Shown here: piece after piece, positions 47,995 through 58,124 of the stretch | How the letters are laid out: every line of letters starts with the position of its first letter | Numbering within the stretch: the stretch's first letter is position 1 | DNA from: an uncultured Candidatus Saccharibacteria bacterium | Lineage (GTDB): Bacteria > Patescibacteriota > Minisyncoccia > Phycocordibacterales > Zambryskibacteraceae | Assembly: GCA_964516975.1 (NCBI GenBank) | Contig: CAZFAS010000002.1 | Location: forward strand, 4,818 to 68,817 | DNA: 64,000 nucleotides | Reading direction: 5' to 3' | The notes under the pieces: generated by a model | Databases searched by the model: none | The model's input: only the letters and a program-made list of their open reading frames with translations | What the model was told of the DNA's origin: nothing | Translations under genes and position numbers: made by a program

Positions 47995-48252
47995 TTGAAA
48001 ATGAATCACTCTCTACCGTTGTCAGATGACGACTGGAAACAGGTTTTTTCTATAAGGTGGGGGAGAGAGTCAGCTCGGTTACTCCATATTTTAAGAGACG
48101 GTTGCTTCGATTCGTGCAAGTTTCGACCAGGAATTTCATGGTTTCCAACTCGTAGTAGGGTGGGTGGAATTAACTCTTCTTTTAAGAGGAAAAAGCTCCC
48201 TTACAAAATACGGGGTGATGGAAAGATCTTCAATCTACGAAAAACTACATAG
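47995..48252 (+). CDS. Hypothetical ORF (85 aa), weakly supported
   Basis: ORF followed by the hairpin ccgccgac-atttt-gttggcggttttgtttt at 48262-48292. No homology recognised. Confidence 0.3.
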   Translation: MKMNHSLPLSDDDWKQVFSIRWGRESARLLHILRDGCFDSCKFRPGISWFPTRSRVGGINSSFKRKKLPYKIRGDGKIFNLRKTT

Positions 48253-48326
48253 TGGTACGGACCGCCGACATTTTGTTGGCGGTTTTGTTTTCCCCAGGGT
48301 ATCCCCATATCAAGTATATTTTAGGT

Positions 48327-48354
48327 ATATATTTCCTTGACTCTCATGCTGGCT
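48327..48354 (+). promoter_or_regulatory. Sigma70-like promoter (TTGACT-16 nt-TATTAT) upstream of tuf
   Basis: -35 TTGACT at 48327-48332. -10 TATTAT at 48349-48354. Spacer is 16 nt. Confidence 0.45.
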
Positions 48355-48535
48355 CTGTTATTATGTTCGGTACCGCATTTCCCTCGGCCATGTGGCCAAC
48401 CGGGCAGTCGCGATCCTATCCTTGTTTTGATAGGGAGGTTTTTTTATTTGTAAAAATTATTAGTTAATTTCCTTAATTGCTTTGATTTACGCAATCTCGC
48501 GCTGTAAATCAAGGTAGGTAAGATATAAAAATATT

Positions 48536-49741
48536 ATGGCAGAAGCAGCAAAATTCGATCGTTCAAAGCCACACCTTAACGTAGGTACTATTGGCCACGT
48601 TGACCACGGCAAGACTACACTCACAGCGTCTATCCTTCACGTACTTGATATGAACAAGGACAAGGGATTTGGTGCACGAGTAGAAGGAGTTGATAACATT
48701 GACAGTGCCCCAGAAGAAAAAGCTCGTGGAATTACTATTGCTCTCCACCACTCTGAGTATTGGACAGCTACACGACACTATGCACACATTGATGCTCCTG
48801 GACACGCTGACTACATCAAAAACATGATTACTGGTGCCGCTCAGATGGACGGTGCAGTACTTGTGGTTGCAGCTACAGACGGTGTGATGCCTCAAACACG
48901 TGAACACGTACTCCTCGCAAAGCAGGTTGGAGTGCCAAAGATCATTGTATTCCTTAACAAGTGTGACATGGTTCCAGATAAGGAGCTTATTGACCTTGTG
49001 GAAGAAGAAGTACGTGAACTCTTGAAGAAGAATGGATTTGACGATGCAACACCAGTTATCCGAGGTTCAGGACTCAAAGCTCTTGAAGCAAAGGATATGA
49101 GTGATGAATGGGCTCTCAAGGTACTTGATCTTATCAATACACTTGATACCTACATCCCAATGCCAGTTCGAGAAGTTGATAAGCCATTCCTCATGCCAGT
49201 AGAAGACATCTTCTCTATTGAAGGACGAGGAACAGTGGTAACAGGAAGAATTGAAAGAGGACAGGTGAAAGTTGGTGAAGAAGTTGAAATCGTTGGTCTC
49301 AAGCCTACTGCAAAGACAGTGGTTACTGGTATCGAAATGTTCAACAAGTCACTCGACTCAGGACAAGCTGGAGACAACGCAGGTATTCTCGTTCGAGGTC
49401 TTAAGAAAGAGGATATTACTCGAGGTCAGGTGCTTTCAAAGCCAGGATCAGTGACTCCACACTCAGAGTTTGAAGCTGAAGTGTACATCTTGAAAAAGGA
49501 AGAAGGTGGACGACACACTCCATTCTTCACAGGATACAAGCCTCAGTTCTATGTTCGAACAACAGACGTTACTGGAGAAGTAACACTCCCTGAAAAGGTT
49601 GAGATGGTTATGCCAGGAGACACTGTTACATTCAAGGTAAAGCTCGTAGCTCCAGTAGCTCTTGAAGATCAGACACGTTTTGCAATTCGAGAAGGAGGAA
49701 AGACAGTAGGTGCTGGTGTGGTTACAAAGATTACAGCGTAA
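48536..49741 (+). CDS. tuf: Elongation factor Tu
   Basis: '[15 protein letters not shown]' and '[22 protein letters not shown]' are canonical EF-Tu motifs. Confidence 0.95.
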   Translation: MAEAAKFDRSKPHLNVGTIGHVDHGKTTLTASILHVLDMNKDKGFGARVEGVDNIDSAPEEKARGITIALHHSEYWTATRHYAHIDAPGHADYIKNMITGAAQMDGAVLVVAATDGVMPQTREHVLLAKQVGVPKIIVFLNKCDMVPDKELIDLVEEEVRELLKKNGFDDATPVIRGSGLKALEAKDMSDEWALKVLDLINTLDTYIPMPVREVDKPFLMPVEDIFSIEGRGTVVTGRIERGQVKVGEEVEIVGLKPTAKTVVTGIEMFNKSLDSGQAGDNAGILVRGLKKEDITRGQVLSKPGSVTPHSEFEAEVYILKKEEGGRHTPFFTGYKPQFYVRTTDVTGEVTLPEKVEMVMPGDTVTFKVKLVAPVALEDQTRFAIREGGKTVGAGVVTKITA

Positions 49742-49827
49742 TCATAAAAGCAAAACAATAGTATTTGATTTCAAATATTTCGTTTTGCATGGCTATGCCA
49801 AAAACAAAAACTGATTAAAGATCCAAC

Positions 49828-50193
49828 ATGACAAAAGTTGCAAAAGAACAAAAAGTATCAAAAGCGAAAGCTTCGAAAGAAGAGGGAACTGCTAAACTCC
49901 GTATCCGCGTTCGCGCATACGAGTACAAGATTCTCGATGTTTCGGTAAAACAAATTATCGATACAGCACTTCGATTTGATGCACAAGTTCTTGGTCCTAT
50001 ACCACTTCCTACAGAGATTAAAAAATATACAGTGAATCGTGCCTCATTCGTCTACAAGAATGCGCGAGAACAGTTCGAAATGAGGATTCATAAGCGATTG
50101 ATTGATATTGTAAACCCGACTCCAAAGTTGATTGAGTCGCTTACAAATTTGAATCTTCCGTCTGGAGTGAATATTGACGTAAAATTAATGTAA
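49828..50193 (+). CDS. rpsJ: 30S ribosomal protein S10 with an about 20-aa N-terminal Lys-rich extension
   Basis: Core '[17 protein letters not shown]...IHKRLIDI...NIDVKL'. Confidence 0.9.
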   Translation: MTKVAKEQKVSKAKASKEEGTAKLRIRVRAYEYKILDVSVKQIIDTALRFDAQVLGPIPLPTEIKKYTVNRASFVYKNAREQFEMRIHKRLIDIVNPTPKLIESLTNLNLPSGVNIDVKLM

Positions 50194-50331
50194 TATCGCC
50201 ACAAACATGTCATCCAAGAGTGATGATGTGTATATGGCTTAGTGTCCTTGATTTTTTACCTGTTTCGGATAGTATAGCGGTTCGTATGGTAATTCCGAAG
50301 TATCGGACCCAAGCCACGCTTGTTAAGAAAA

Positions 50332-50934
50332 ATGAAATTCATACTTGCAAAAAAAGATAGCATGACTCAAGTCTTCAATGATGAAGGCGTGGTTACTCCT
50401 GTGACCGTTCTTACTGCACAGCCAGTTACAGTTACACAGGTTAAAAATGATGCTACAGACGGATATTCTGCTGTACAAGTTGGATATGGTGTTAAGAGAG
50501 AAAAGAGAGTGCCAAAGGCAATACAGGGCCACACAAAGGATCTTGGCAACTTTGCTAAGCTCAAAGAGTTTAAGACAGACGGTACATACACTCGAGGAGA
50601 TAAGATTGATGTTTCAGTCTTTGTTCCAGGTGATACTGTACAGGTCAGTGCTATTTCAAAAGGAAAAGGATTCCAGGGTGTAGTAAAACGCCATGGTTTC
50701 AAAGGAGGACCACGAAGTCACGGTCAGAAGCACTCAGAACGAGAGCCTGGATCCATCGGAGGTGGTCTTCGAAACAAAGTTCCAAAGGGCATGAGAATGG
50801 CCGGCCGAATGGGTGGTGTTCGAATCACAACGAGAAATCTTACTGTGGTGCAAGTCGATGCAGAGAATAATTTGATCCTTGTTTCTGGAGCAGTTCCAGG
50901 ACGACGAGGTGCAATTGTTGAAATAAGAGGTTAA
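50332..50934 (+). CDS. rplC: 50S ribosomal protein L3
   Basis: 'MKFILAKKDSMTQVFNDEG' start at 50332 (the tool ORF starts at a TTG at 50320). 'GKGFQGVVKRHGF' motif. Confidence 0.9.
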   Translation: MKFILAKKDSMTQVFNDEGVVTPVTVLTAQPVTVTQVKNDATDGYSAVQVGYGVKREKRVPKAIQGHTKDLGNFAKLKEFKTDGTYTRGDKIDVSVFVPGDTVQVSAISKGKGFQGVVKRHGFKGGPRSHGQKHSEREPGSIGGGLRNKVPKGMRMAGRMGGVRITTRNLTVVQVDAENNLILVSGAVPGRRGAIVEIRG

Positions 50935-50942
50935 TAACAATT

Positions 50943-51683
50943 ATGGAAACAGCAGTCTACAACCAAAAAGGAGAATCAGTAGGGAAGATCAAACTTCCTG
51001 AGAGTGTATTCGGTCTTCCTTGGAATGCTGATCTTGTTCACCAGGTTGTTGTCTCAATGACATCAAGTGCTAGAAACCCTATTGCTCACACAAAGACACG
51101 AGGTGAAGTCCGTGGAGGAGGAAAGAAGCCTTGGAAACAAAAGGGTACAGGTCAGGCTAGACATGGATCTACACGATCTCCTATTTGGGTAGGAGGAGGT
51201 GTTACTCATGGGCCACGCAATGATAAGAACTATGACCGAAAGGTAAACAAGAAGATGAAGTCAAAGGCACTGTACACTATTCTCTCTAAGAAGATGCGTG
51301 ATGGTGAAGTTGTGTTTGTTGATGAAATTAAATTTAAAGACATCAAGACGAGTCAGGCTGCAGATATTCTCAAGAATCTTAAAGGGGTATCAGGACTTGA
51401 ATCTATCTTTGGAAAGAAAAATAATGCTGCACTTATTGCTCTCGGCGAACATGATGCAGTTGTGATGAAGAGTTTTAGAAATATTGGAAATGTTGCTATG
51501 GATGAGATTCGAAACATCAATCCAGTATCACTATTGCAGTACAAAGGAATCGTTATTGTTCATCCAGAAAGTTCACTTCGAAACCTTGAGTCACGATTAT
51601 CTTCTGGGCAAGTTTCCTCTAAAGAAGTTGCACCAAAGAAAGAAAAAGTGGCAAAAGTAAAGAAAGTTACAGCTAAGAAATAA
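50943..51683 (+). CDS. rplD: 50S ribosomal protein L4
   Basis: L4 consensus (HTKTRGEVRGGGKKPWKQKGTGQAR), with a C-terminal K-rich tail. Confidence 0.9.
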   Translation: METAVYNQKGESVGKIKLPESVFGLPWNADLVHQVVVSMTSSARNPIAHTKTRGEVRGGGKKPWKQKGTGQARHGSTRSPIWVGGGVTHGPRNDKNYDRKVNKKMKSKALYTILSKKMRDGEVVFVDEIKFKDIKTSQAADILKNLKGVSGLESIFGKKNNAALIALGEHDAVVMKSFRNIGNVAMDEIRNINPVSLLQYKGIVIVHPESSLRNLESRLSSGQVSSKEVAPKKEKVAKVKKVTAKK

Positions 51684-51688
51684 TTATC

Positions 51689-52039
51689 ATGGCTCTCATC
51701 TCACGAAAAAAGAAAGAGGTTACTCCGAAAGCACCAGCAAGTGTAGCTACATCTTCTACGCACACTCATGCTCATATTTTGCTTAGACCACGAGTAACTG
51801 AAAAGGCTACTGATAGGGCAATGAACCACAATGTCTACGTCTTCGAAGTTTTAAAGAGTGCAACAAAGTCTGAAGTAAAGCATGCTGTTATGGAGATGTA
51901 CAAGGTACAACCAACAAAGATCGCTATGACAAAAATTCCTGGTAAATCTGTTTTTGTACGAGGAAAGAAGGGTGAGCGATCATCAGGAAAAAAAGCATAT
52001 GTATATGTTAAGAAAGGAGACAAGATAGAAATCGTATAA
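51689..52039 (+). CDS. rplW: 50S ribosomal protein L23
   Basis: 'LLRPRVTEKA...YVFEV...KIAM' is the L23 fold, with an N-terminal extension. Confidence 0.85.
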   Translation: MALISRKKKEVTPKAPASVATSSTHTHAHILLRPRVTEKATDRAMNHNVYVFEVLKSATKSEVKHAVMEMYKVQPTKIAMTKIPGKSVFVRGKKGERSSGKKAYVYVKKGDKIEIV

Positions 52040-52040
52040 C

Positions 52041-52883
52041 ATGAAAAAGTATAAACCAACAACAGCATCTCGCAGACAAATGTCCACGATTGAATTCGGG
52101 AAGTTTGTTACTGAAAAGAATCCACACAAAGCGCTTACTGGAGGTTTTCGTAGAGCAGCTGGAAGAAACCATCACGGAAGAATCACCACAAGACATAAGG
52201 GGGGTGGTCATAGTCGACTTTTTCGAGAGATTGATTTTACATACGACAAATTTGATATTCCATACACCATTGTAACGGTTGAGTATGATCCAAACCGAAC
52301 AGGATATATTGGTCTTGCTGTATACAAGGATGGTGAAAAGCGTTATGTCTTGATTCCAAAGGGAACAAAAGTTGGGGACACTTTCATTGTATCTGCAAAG
52401 GCACCTCAGACGGTTGGGAATAGACTTCCTCTCAAGGAAATTACAGTTGGTACTTTTGTATACAATGTTGAGGTTAAGCCAAAGGGTGGCGCTAAACTTG
52501 GAAGAAGTGCTGGAAACTATATTGAGGTTATTGCGAAAGATGCTGGATATGTGGACCTTAAGATGCCATCCTCTGAGGTTCGAAAGGTGCTAGAGAATTG
52601 CTGGGCAACAGTTGGAGAAGTTTCAAATGATGAAAATCGCCTTGTTAACCTTGGAAAGGCCGGAAGAAGTCGATGGCTCGGTATTCGTCCAACTGTAAGA
52701 GGTACTGCTCAAAACCCAGTAGACCACCCACATGGAGGAGGAGAAGGAAGGCAGGGAAGAGGACGAAGGAGAGCAATCTCTGTGTATGGCAAGCCAACTG
52801 GAAAGGGTCAGAAATCACGACGACCAAAGAAGTATTCAAACAAGTTTATTGTTCGAAGAAGGAAGGTAGGCAAGAAAAAGTAG
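52041..52883 (+). CDS. rplB: 50S ribosomal protein L2
   Basis: 'GRNHHGRITTRHKGGGHSR' and 'NPVDHPHGGGEG' are L2 motifs. Confidence 0.95.
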   Translation: MKKYKPTTASRRQMSTIEFGKFVTEKNPHKALTGGFRRAAGRNHHGRITTRHKGGGHSRLFREIDFTYDKFDIPYTIVTVEYDPNRTGYIGLAVYKDGEKRYVLIPKGTKVGDTFIVSAKAPQTVGNRLPLKEITVGTFVYNVEVKPKGGAKLGRSAGNYIEVIAKDAGYVDLKMPSSEVRKVLENCWATVGEVSNDENRLVNLGKAGRSRWLGIRPTVRGTAQNPVDHPHGGGEGRQGRGRRRAISVYGKPTGKGQKSRRPKKYSNKFIVRRRKVGKKK

Positions 52884-52987
52884 AAAATAACTCCATTTTT
52901 GGGGTTGTTTTCATTGACACGATTTCAGTTTCTGTTAGTATGTTGCCAAGCTCGAAAGAGAGCTTTTTGTTTCCAATGTAATCAAAT

Positions 52988-53347
52988 ATGACACGATCAA
53001 GTAAAAAAGGACCATATGTCGACGAGCGACTCCTCAAGAAAATTGAGGGTAAAAGACCAGAATCAACTGGGGTTATTAAGACTTGGGCACGTGCATGTCA
53101 GATTGCTCCTGAAATGGTAGGTTTTACATTCGGAGTACACAATGGAAAAGATCATCTTGAAGTGTTCGTAACTGAAGATATGGTTGGACACAGACTCGGT
53201 GAATTCTCTCTAACTCGAAAATTTGTGAAGCATGGAGGAAAAATGCAGAAGGAACTTGAGCAGAAAAAGAAGGAGGCTGAAATTTCTGCCGCTCAATCTG
53301 CTAAAGCCGCTACAACTGGGGGCGCAGCTAAGTCTTCTGGAAAATAA
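52988..53347 (+). CDS. rpsS: 30S ribosomal protein S19 with a C-terminal low-complexity extension
   Basis: 'MTRSSKKGPYVDERLLKK' and 'GFTFGVHNGKDH...EDMVGHRLGEFS', then a KKEAEISAAQSAKAATTGG tail. Confidence 0.9.
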   Translation: MTRSSKKGPYVDERLLKKIEGKRPESTGVIKTWARACQIAPEMVGFTFGVHNGKDHLEVFVTEDMVGHRLGEFSLTRKFVKHGGKMQKELEQKKKEAEISAAQSAKAATTGGAAKSSGK

Positions 53348-53356
53348 TTTAATATT

Positions 53357-53725
53357 ATGGCTACAGCATCTGCACAACTTTCTGATTATCGACAAGCTCC
53401 ACGTAAGGTTCGTGTAGTTGCGAATCTTGTTCGTGGAAAAAGAGTTGAAGACGCAATGACGTCTCTTCGTTTCCTTGGAAAGCGTGCATCTGATCCAATT
53501 CTTAAGCTTATTGAATCAGCAGTTTCAAATGCAAAAAATAAGAATATTGAAATTGAAAATCTCATTGTAAAAGAAATTCGAGTTGATAGCGGAAAAATTT
53601 TATATAGAAGAATGAGTGCATCACGAGGTCGCGCACCAATCAAAAGAAAGAGAACGAGTCACGTTATAGTTGTTCTTGGTGAGGGAAAGCCAAAGAAGAC
53701 TAAGGTAAAGAAAGAAAATAAATAA
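53357..53725 (+). CDS. rplV: 50S ribosomal protein L22
   Basis: L22 consensus (RKVRVVANLVRGKRVEDA...). Confidence 0.9.
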   Translation: MATASAQLSDYRQAPRKVRVVANLVRGKRVEDAMTSLRFLGKRASDPILKLIESAVSNAKNKNIEIENLIVKEIRVDSGKILYRRMSASRGRAPIKRKRTSHVIVVLGEGKPKKTKVKKENK

Positions 53726-53726
53726 T

Positions 53727-54398
53727 ATGTCACATACAGTTCACCCATTTTCACATAGATTAGGCATCATAAGGGACTGGAGAAGTCGATGGTTTGGCGC
53801 TAAAGATAAATATAAGGAATTTCTCCGTGGCGATCTTGTTATCAGAAGTTTCCTTGAAAAGAAACTTCATGGTTATTATGTAAGTACTATCGAAATCGAG
53901 AGAAACGAAAAAGTTCTTCGTATTATCATCGAAACTTCACGACCGGGAATGATCATTGGACGAAGTGGTGATGGGGCGGTGAAACTCAAAGACGCTCTTA
54001 TGCGTGAACTTCGAAGAAGGGGAGTTGCTAGTCCTAAAGAGGAAGTTCGAATTGATATCAAGGAAATTAAATCTCCAGAATCGAATGCATTTATCGTCGC
54101 ACAGATGATTGCAGAAGGACTTGAAAAGAGAATGCCATACCGACGTGTATTAAAGCAGGTTGTTGAGAAAGTGATGGCGAATCGTGATGTGAAAGGTGTA
54201 AAGATTACCGTTGGAGGAAGACTCGGTGGTGCATCAATCGCACGATCTGAAACAAAGAAGCTCGGACGAATTCCTTTGCAAACATTTCGAGCTGATGTAG
54301 AGTTTGCTCGTCACGAAGCGAAGCTTCCTTATGGAAATCTTGGTATCAAGGTTTGGATATATAAGGGAGATATTTTTGGTGCTAAGAAAGCAGAATAA
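53727..54398 (+). CDS. rpsC: 30S ribosomal protein S3
   Basis: KH domain plus the S3 C-terminal domain 'GGRLGGASIARSE'. Confidence 0.9.
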   Translation: MSHTVHPFSHRLGIIRDWRSRWFGAKDKYKEFLRGDLVIRSFLEKKLHGYYVSTIEIERNEKVLRIIIETSRPGMIIGRSGDGAVKLKDALMRELRRRGVASPKEEVRIDIKEIKSPESNAFIVAQMIAEGLEKRMPYRRVLKQVVEKVMANRDVKGVKITVGGRLGGASIARSETKKLGRIPLQTFRADVEFARHEAKLPYGNLGIKVWIYKGDIFGAKKAE

Positions 54399-54407
54399 TT
54401 TACGAAC

Positions 54408-54827
54408 ATGTTATTACCGAAGAAAGTAAAATACAGGAAGTGGCACACAATGCGAAAGAACCCAACTAAAGTTGGGGTTGCTACTCGCGGAACAACGATT
54501 GCTTTCGGATCATTTGGTCTTAAGGCTATGGCCTACTCACGTATCAAATCAAACCAGATCGAATCTGCTCGAAAGGTTATTTCAAGGTCACTTGGAAAGA
54601 CTGGAAAGACTTGGATTCGCATTTTTCCTGACATGCCGTATACTGCAAAGCCAGCAGAAGTAAAACTCGGAAAGGGAAAGGGCGATCTTCAGGGCTACGT
54701 AGCTCCGGTAAAGGCAGGAACAGTACTTTTTGAAGTTGATGGAGTAACTGAAGAAGTTGCGCGAGAGGCACTAAGGAAGGCCGGTACAAAACTTCCAGTA
54801 AAAACAAAAGTCGTAGCACGACAATAA
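54408..54827 (+). CDS. rplP: 50S ribosomal protein L16
   Basis: 'MLLPKKVKYRKWH' and 'RMGKGKG'-type loop. Confidence 0.9.
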   Translation: MLLPKKVKYRKWHTMRKNPTKVGVATRGTTIAFGSFGLKAMAYSRIKSNQIESARKVISRSLGKTGKTWIRIFPDMPYTAKPAEVKLGKGKGDLQGYVAPVKAGTVLFEVDGVTEEVAREALRKAGTKLPVKTKVVARQ

Positions 54828-54831
54828 AATC

Positions 54832-55017
54832 ATGGCAAAAGAAATTCAAGAAAAAAACGAAAAAGATTTGGTAAAAGAGCTTAGTGAAAAACAAGAAGCA
54901 CTTCGAACTTTTCGATTTGGAATTTCTGGAAGCAAGGTAAGAAATGTTAGAGAAGGTCGCGCAACACGAAAGGAAATTGCTCGCATCAAGACAGAGTTGT
55001 CACGAAGGGCACAATAA
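54832..55017 (+). CDS. rpmC: 50S ribosomal protein L29
   Basis: 61-aa helical protein in the conserved L16-L29-S17 position. Confidence 0.8.
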   Translation: MAKEIQEKNEKDLVKELSEKQEALRTFRFGISGSKVRNVREGRATRKEIARIKTELSRRAQ

Positions 55018-55022
55018 TTTTT

Positions 55023-55280
55023 ATGAAGGAAAAAAATACTCAAAAGAATACAGTACTCAAAGGAAAGGTTCTCGAAGGAATCGTAGTTTCAAACAAAATG
55101 AAAGATACGGTCGTTGTTCTTGTAGAGCGCTATGAAAAACACCCACAGTATGGTAAATATATTCAGCGAAGAAAGCGTTTTCAGGCACATGATGCTGGAA
55201 ATACAAAGGCAATAGGGGATAAGGTAAGTATCAGAGAGACTAAGCCTATCTCAAAGAGAAAATCATTTATCGTTATATAG
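55023..55280 (+). CDS. rpsQ: 30S ribosomal protein S17
   Basis: 'KGKVLEGIVVSNKMKDTVVVLVER...HPQYGK' is the S17 OB-fold. Confidence 0.85.
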   Translation: MKEKNTQKNTVLKGKVLEGIVVSNKMKDTVVVLVERYEKHPQYGKYIQRRKRFQAHDAGNTKAIGDKVSIRETKPISKRKSFIVI

Positions 55281-55284
55281 TCAT

Positions 55285-55656
55285 ATGATACAACCACGAT
55301 CAATCGTCAAAATAGCTGATAACTCTGGAGCAAAAATCGGAAGAATTTTCAAAGTTCTCGGAGGATCAAAGAAGCGATACGCACAAATTGGTGATATCGT
55401 GGTTCTTTCAGTACAGGTTGCACAGCCTCGAAAGTCAGTAAAGAAAAAGGATGTATTGTACGCAGTTGTCGCAAGACAGAAGTTCCCATACCGACGTGCA
55501 GATGGATCGTACGTTCGCTTTGATGAAAACGCAGTCGTTATCGTCGATAAGGTTAAGCATGAACCAATTGCTGGACGTGTGTTCGGACCTATCCCACGAG
55601 AGCTTGGAGAAAAGGGTTTTCAACAGATTATCTCATTAGCACCAGAAGTTGTATAA
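55285..55656 (+). CDS. rplN: 50S ribosomal protein L14
   Basis: 'MIQPRSIVKIADNSGAK' is a canonical L14 start. Confidence 0.95.
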   Translation: MIQPRSIVKIADNSGAKIGRIFKVLGGSKKRYAQIGDIVVLSVQVAQPRKSVKKKDVLYAVVARQKFPYRRADGSYVRFDENAVVIVDKVKHEPIAGRVFGPIPRELGEKGFQQIISLAPEVV

Positions 55657-55661
55657 CTACT

Positions 55662-55970
55662 ATGAAAATCAAAAAAGGAGACAATATCATAGTGATTTCA
55701 GGAAAAGATAAAGGAAAGACCGGTAAGGTTGTTCGAGCATTTCCTCGTGATAATGCAATTATCGTTTCTGGAGTAAATGTGAAAAAGGTTCACAAGAGAC
55801 CATCAAAACAGGGCCAGAAAGGTCAGGTTATTGAGCAGTCAGCTCCTTTCCATGTTTCAAACGTTGCAATTGTTGATCCAAAGGACAATAAAGCTACTCG
55901 CATTAAGCTCGTAGTTACTGGTGGAAAGAAGGAAAGAGTTGCGAAGCGAAGTGGAGCAACAATAAGTTAA
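55662..55970 (+). CDS. rplX: 50S ribosomal protein L24
   Basis: KOW motif 'MKIKKGDNIIVISGKDKGKTGKV'. Confidence 0.9.
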   Translation: MKIKKGDNIIVISGKDKGKTGKVVRAFPRDNAIIVSGVNVKKVHKRPSKQGQKGQVIEQSAPFHVSNVAIVDPKDNKATRIKLVVTGGKKERVAKRSGATIS

Positions 55971-55981
55971 TACATACGCGG

Positions 55982-56542
55982 ATGAAAACTATTAAAGAAA
56001 AAACAAAAGAAGCATTCAAAGCCCTCAAGGAGCAGCAAGGATATAAGAATGCAATGCAGGCACCAAAGATCATGAAGGTGGTGGTTTCAGTTGGAACTGG
56101 ATCATTTAAGGACAAGAAGAAGGGAGAGCTTGCGATGAATAGACTCTCAAAAATTACTGGCCAAAAGCCAGCGACTCGCGGGGCAAAGAAATCTATTGCT
56201 GCATTTAAATTGAGACAGGGAGATCCAGTAGGACTCCAGGTTACTCTAAGGGGTCAAAGAATGTATGACTTCCTCGATAAACTAATAAATGTGGCACTTC
56301 CACGAACAAAAGATTTCCGTGGAATCTCTATCCGTTCTGTGGATGAAATGGGTAATTATACCCTCGGTATCAAGGAACATACAATTTTCCCTGAAACAGC
56401 CGATGAGGAACTTAAGGATGTTTTCGGACTTGCGGTTACGATTGTGACGACAGCTCACAGTAAACCTGAGCTCGAAGCGTTCTTGAAGTACCTTGAATTT
56501 CCATTCCGAAAGGATGAGGAGGGGAAGGGAAAGAGAAAATAG
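55982..56542 (+). CDS. rplE: 50S ribosomal protein L5
   Basis: L5 consensus. Conserved position in the spc cluster. Confidence 0.9.
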   Translation: MKTIKEKTKEAFKALKEQQGYKNAMQAPKIMKVVVSVGTGSFKDKKKGELAMNRLSKITGQKPATRGAKKSIAAFKLRQGDPVGLQVTLRGQRMYDFLDKLINVALPRTKDFRGISIRSVDEMGNYTLGIKEHTIFPETADEELKDVFGLAVTIVTTAHSKPELEAFLKYLEFPFRKDEEGKGKRK

Positions 56543-56594
56543 AAAAACCAAGGAATACAAGGTTTTTCTGGTTTGACAACAGGTATTGTGCTTG

Positions 56595-56620
56595 TTAGGA
56601 TAAGAAACCAAGCTGTTTCA
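56595..56620 (+). terminator. Intra-operon hairpin with T-run between rplE and rpsZ
   Basis: aagctg-tttc-agctttttttg. Confidence 0.4.
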
Positions 56621-56636
56621 GCTTTTTTTGTTAATT

Positions 56637-56822
56637 ATGGCCAAAAAATCAGTCATCGCACGTTCGCTCAAAACACCGAAATTTACAACCCGGGCTGTTA
56701 ATCGATGCTTTAGATGTGGACGAAAGCATGGCTACATGAGAGATTTTGATCTCTGCCGAATTTGCTTTCGTGAATTAGCAAACGAAGGAAAGGTACCGGG
56801 CGTTAAGAAATCTTCTTGGTAA
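56637..56822 (+). CDS. rpsZ: 30S ribosomal protein S14, zinc-binding type (type Z)
   Basis: 61 aa. 'MAKKSVIAR' and '[20 protein letters not shown]' form a CxxC...CxxC zinc-binding site. Confidence 0.85.
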   Translation: MAKKSVIARSLKTPKFTTRAVNRCFRCGRKHGYMRDFDLCRICFRELANEGKVPGVKKSSW

Positions 56823-56829
56823 TACAACT

Positions 56830-57219
56830 ATGACCGACCCAATTTCAGATATGATCATCCGTTTGAAGAATGCTGGTGAAGCCCACAAGGACACTGTTGT
56901 TGTTCCATTCTCAAAATTAAAGTATGAAATTTGCACACTCCTTGAAAAGGAGGGTTATGTAAAGGATTTAAATAAAAAAGGTAAGAAAGTTACAAAGTCT
57001 ATTGAGGTTGCACTTGTATATAACGGTCATTACCCAAAGATTGAGGGTGTGCGCCGAGTGTCAAAGCCATCTCGAAGAATATATAAGAAATGGACTGAAA
57101 TTCGTCCAGTAAAAAATGGTTTCGGTATGCTCGTCCTCTCAACTCCAAAGGGGATAGTAACTGATAAGGTTGCACGAAAGGAAAAGGTTGGAGGTGAGGC
57201 TATGTTTGAAATTTGGTAA
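56830..57219 (+). CDS. rpsH: 30S ribosomal protein S8
   Basis: 'MTDPISDMIIRLKNA' is a canonical S8 start. Confidence 0.9.
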   Translation: MTDPISDMIIRLKNAGEAHKDTVVVPFSKLKYEICTLLEKEGYVKDLNKKGKKVTKSIEVALVYNGHYPKIEGVRRVSKPSRRIYKKWTEIRPVKNGFGMLVLSTPKGIVTDKVARKEKVGGEAMFEIW

Positions 57220-57225
57220 ACATTC

Positions 57226-57759
57226 ATGTCACGAATCGGAAAAAAAGGAATAGCAATCCCAGATAAAACTGAAATCTCACTTCAGGAGACTATTTTGAAG
57301 GTGAAAGGTCCTCTTGGTGAATTGAGTCTTGAAGTAGACCCAAATCTTAACTTTACTGTTGCAGATAATATGATCACTATTTCACCAAAGACAGAGAGTC
57401 TTGAGGCAAATGCGCTCTGGGGAACATACACTTCTCATGTAACAAACATGGTGAAGGGTGTGAATACGCCATTTCAAAAGAAACTCTTTCTTGAAGGAAT
57501 CGGATACCGTGTTGAGGTAAAAGGGGACAAGATGGTATTTGCTCTTGGTTTCTCACACCCAGTTGAGGTTCCGATTCCAGATGGAATAAAGGTTGTTGTT
57601 GAGAAAAATGCTATTACTATCTCAGGTATTGATAAGGCATCTGTCGGTGGATTCGCAGCACGAATCAGAGATCTTAAGAAACCAGAACCATATAAAGGAA
57701 AGGGTCTTCGATACGAAGGGGAAGTGATTAAGATAAAACAAGGAAAGAAATCTGTATAA
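57226..57759 (+). CDS. rplF: 50S ribosomal protein L6
   Basis: 'MSRIGKKGIAIPD' plus the duplicated L6 domain. Confidence 0.9.
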   Translation: MSRIGKKGIAIPDKTEISLQETILKVKGPLGELSLEVDPNLNFTVADNMITISPKTESLEANALWGTYTSHVTNMVKGVNTPFQKKLFLEGIGYRVEVKGDKMVFALGFSHPVEVPIPDGIKVVVEKNAITISGIDKASVGGFAARIRDLKKPEPYKGKGLRYEGEVIKIKQGKKSV

Positions 57760-57765
57760 TTTTGT

Positions 57766-58119
57766 ATGAAAAATTCTCAAAACCAAAAAAAGAATCAGCG
57801 AGTACGCAGACATCGAAAAATTCGAACTCGTGTTTCTGGTACAGCAGCAAGGCCTCGACTTTCAGTATTTAAGTCAAATATGTATTTGTATGCACAGCTT
57901 ATTGATGATACTGCAGAGAAGACACTTTTCTCACTTTCTACAAAGGGAGTAAAGGGAAAGAATGACCTTGAGAGAGCTGAGATTCTCGGTAAGGAACTTG
58001 CAGAAAAAGCAAAAGCAAAGGATATTAATGCTATTGTGTTTGATCGAGGAGGATTTAGATATACTGGAAAGGTGAAAGCGCTTGCTGATGGTGTAAGAAA
58101 TGGAGGACTTATATTTTAA
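57766..58119 (+). CDS. rplR: 50S ribosomal protein L18
   Basis: 'RRHRKIRTRVSGTAARPRLSVFKSN' L18 N-terminus. Confidence 0.85.
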   Translation: MKNSQNQKKNQRVRRHRKIRTRVSGTAARPRLSVFKSNMYLYAQLIDDTAEKTLFSLSTKGVKGKNDLERAEILGKELAEKAKAKDINAIVFDRGGFRYTGKVKALADGVRNGGLIF

Positions 58120-58124
58120 ATTGT

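Noticed and set aside
48252-48467. 71-aa + ORF upstream of tuf
   Set aside because: Overlaps a promoter/hairpin region. Hydrophobic, unconserved-looking translation. More likely non-coding leader.
50194-50331. Possible tRNA-like sequence between rpsJ and rplC ('ggatagtatagcggttcg...')
   Set aside because: It cannot be folded into a cloverleaf: there is no acceptor pairing and no T-loop. More likely an S10-operon leader or plain spacer.
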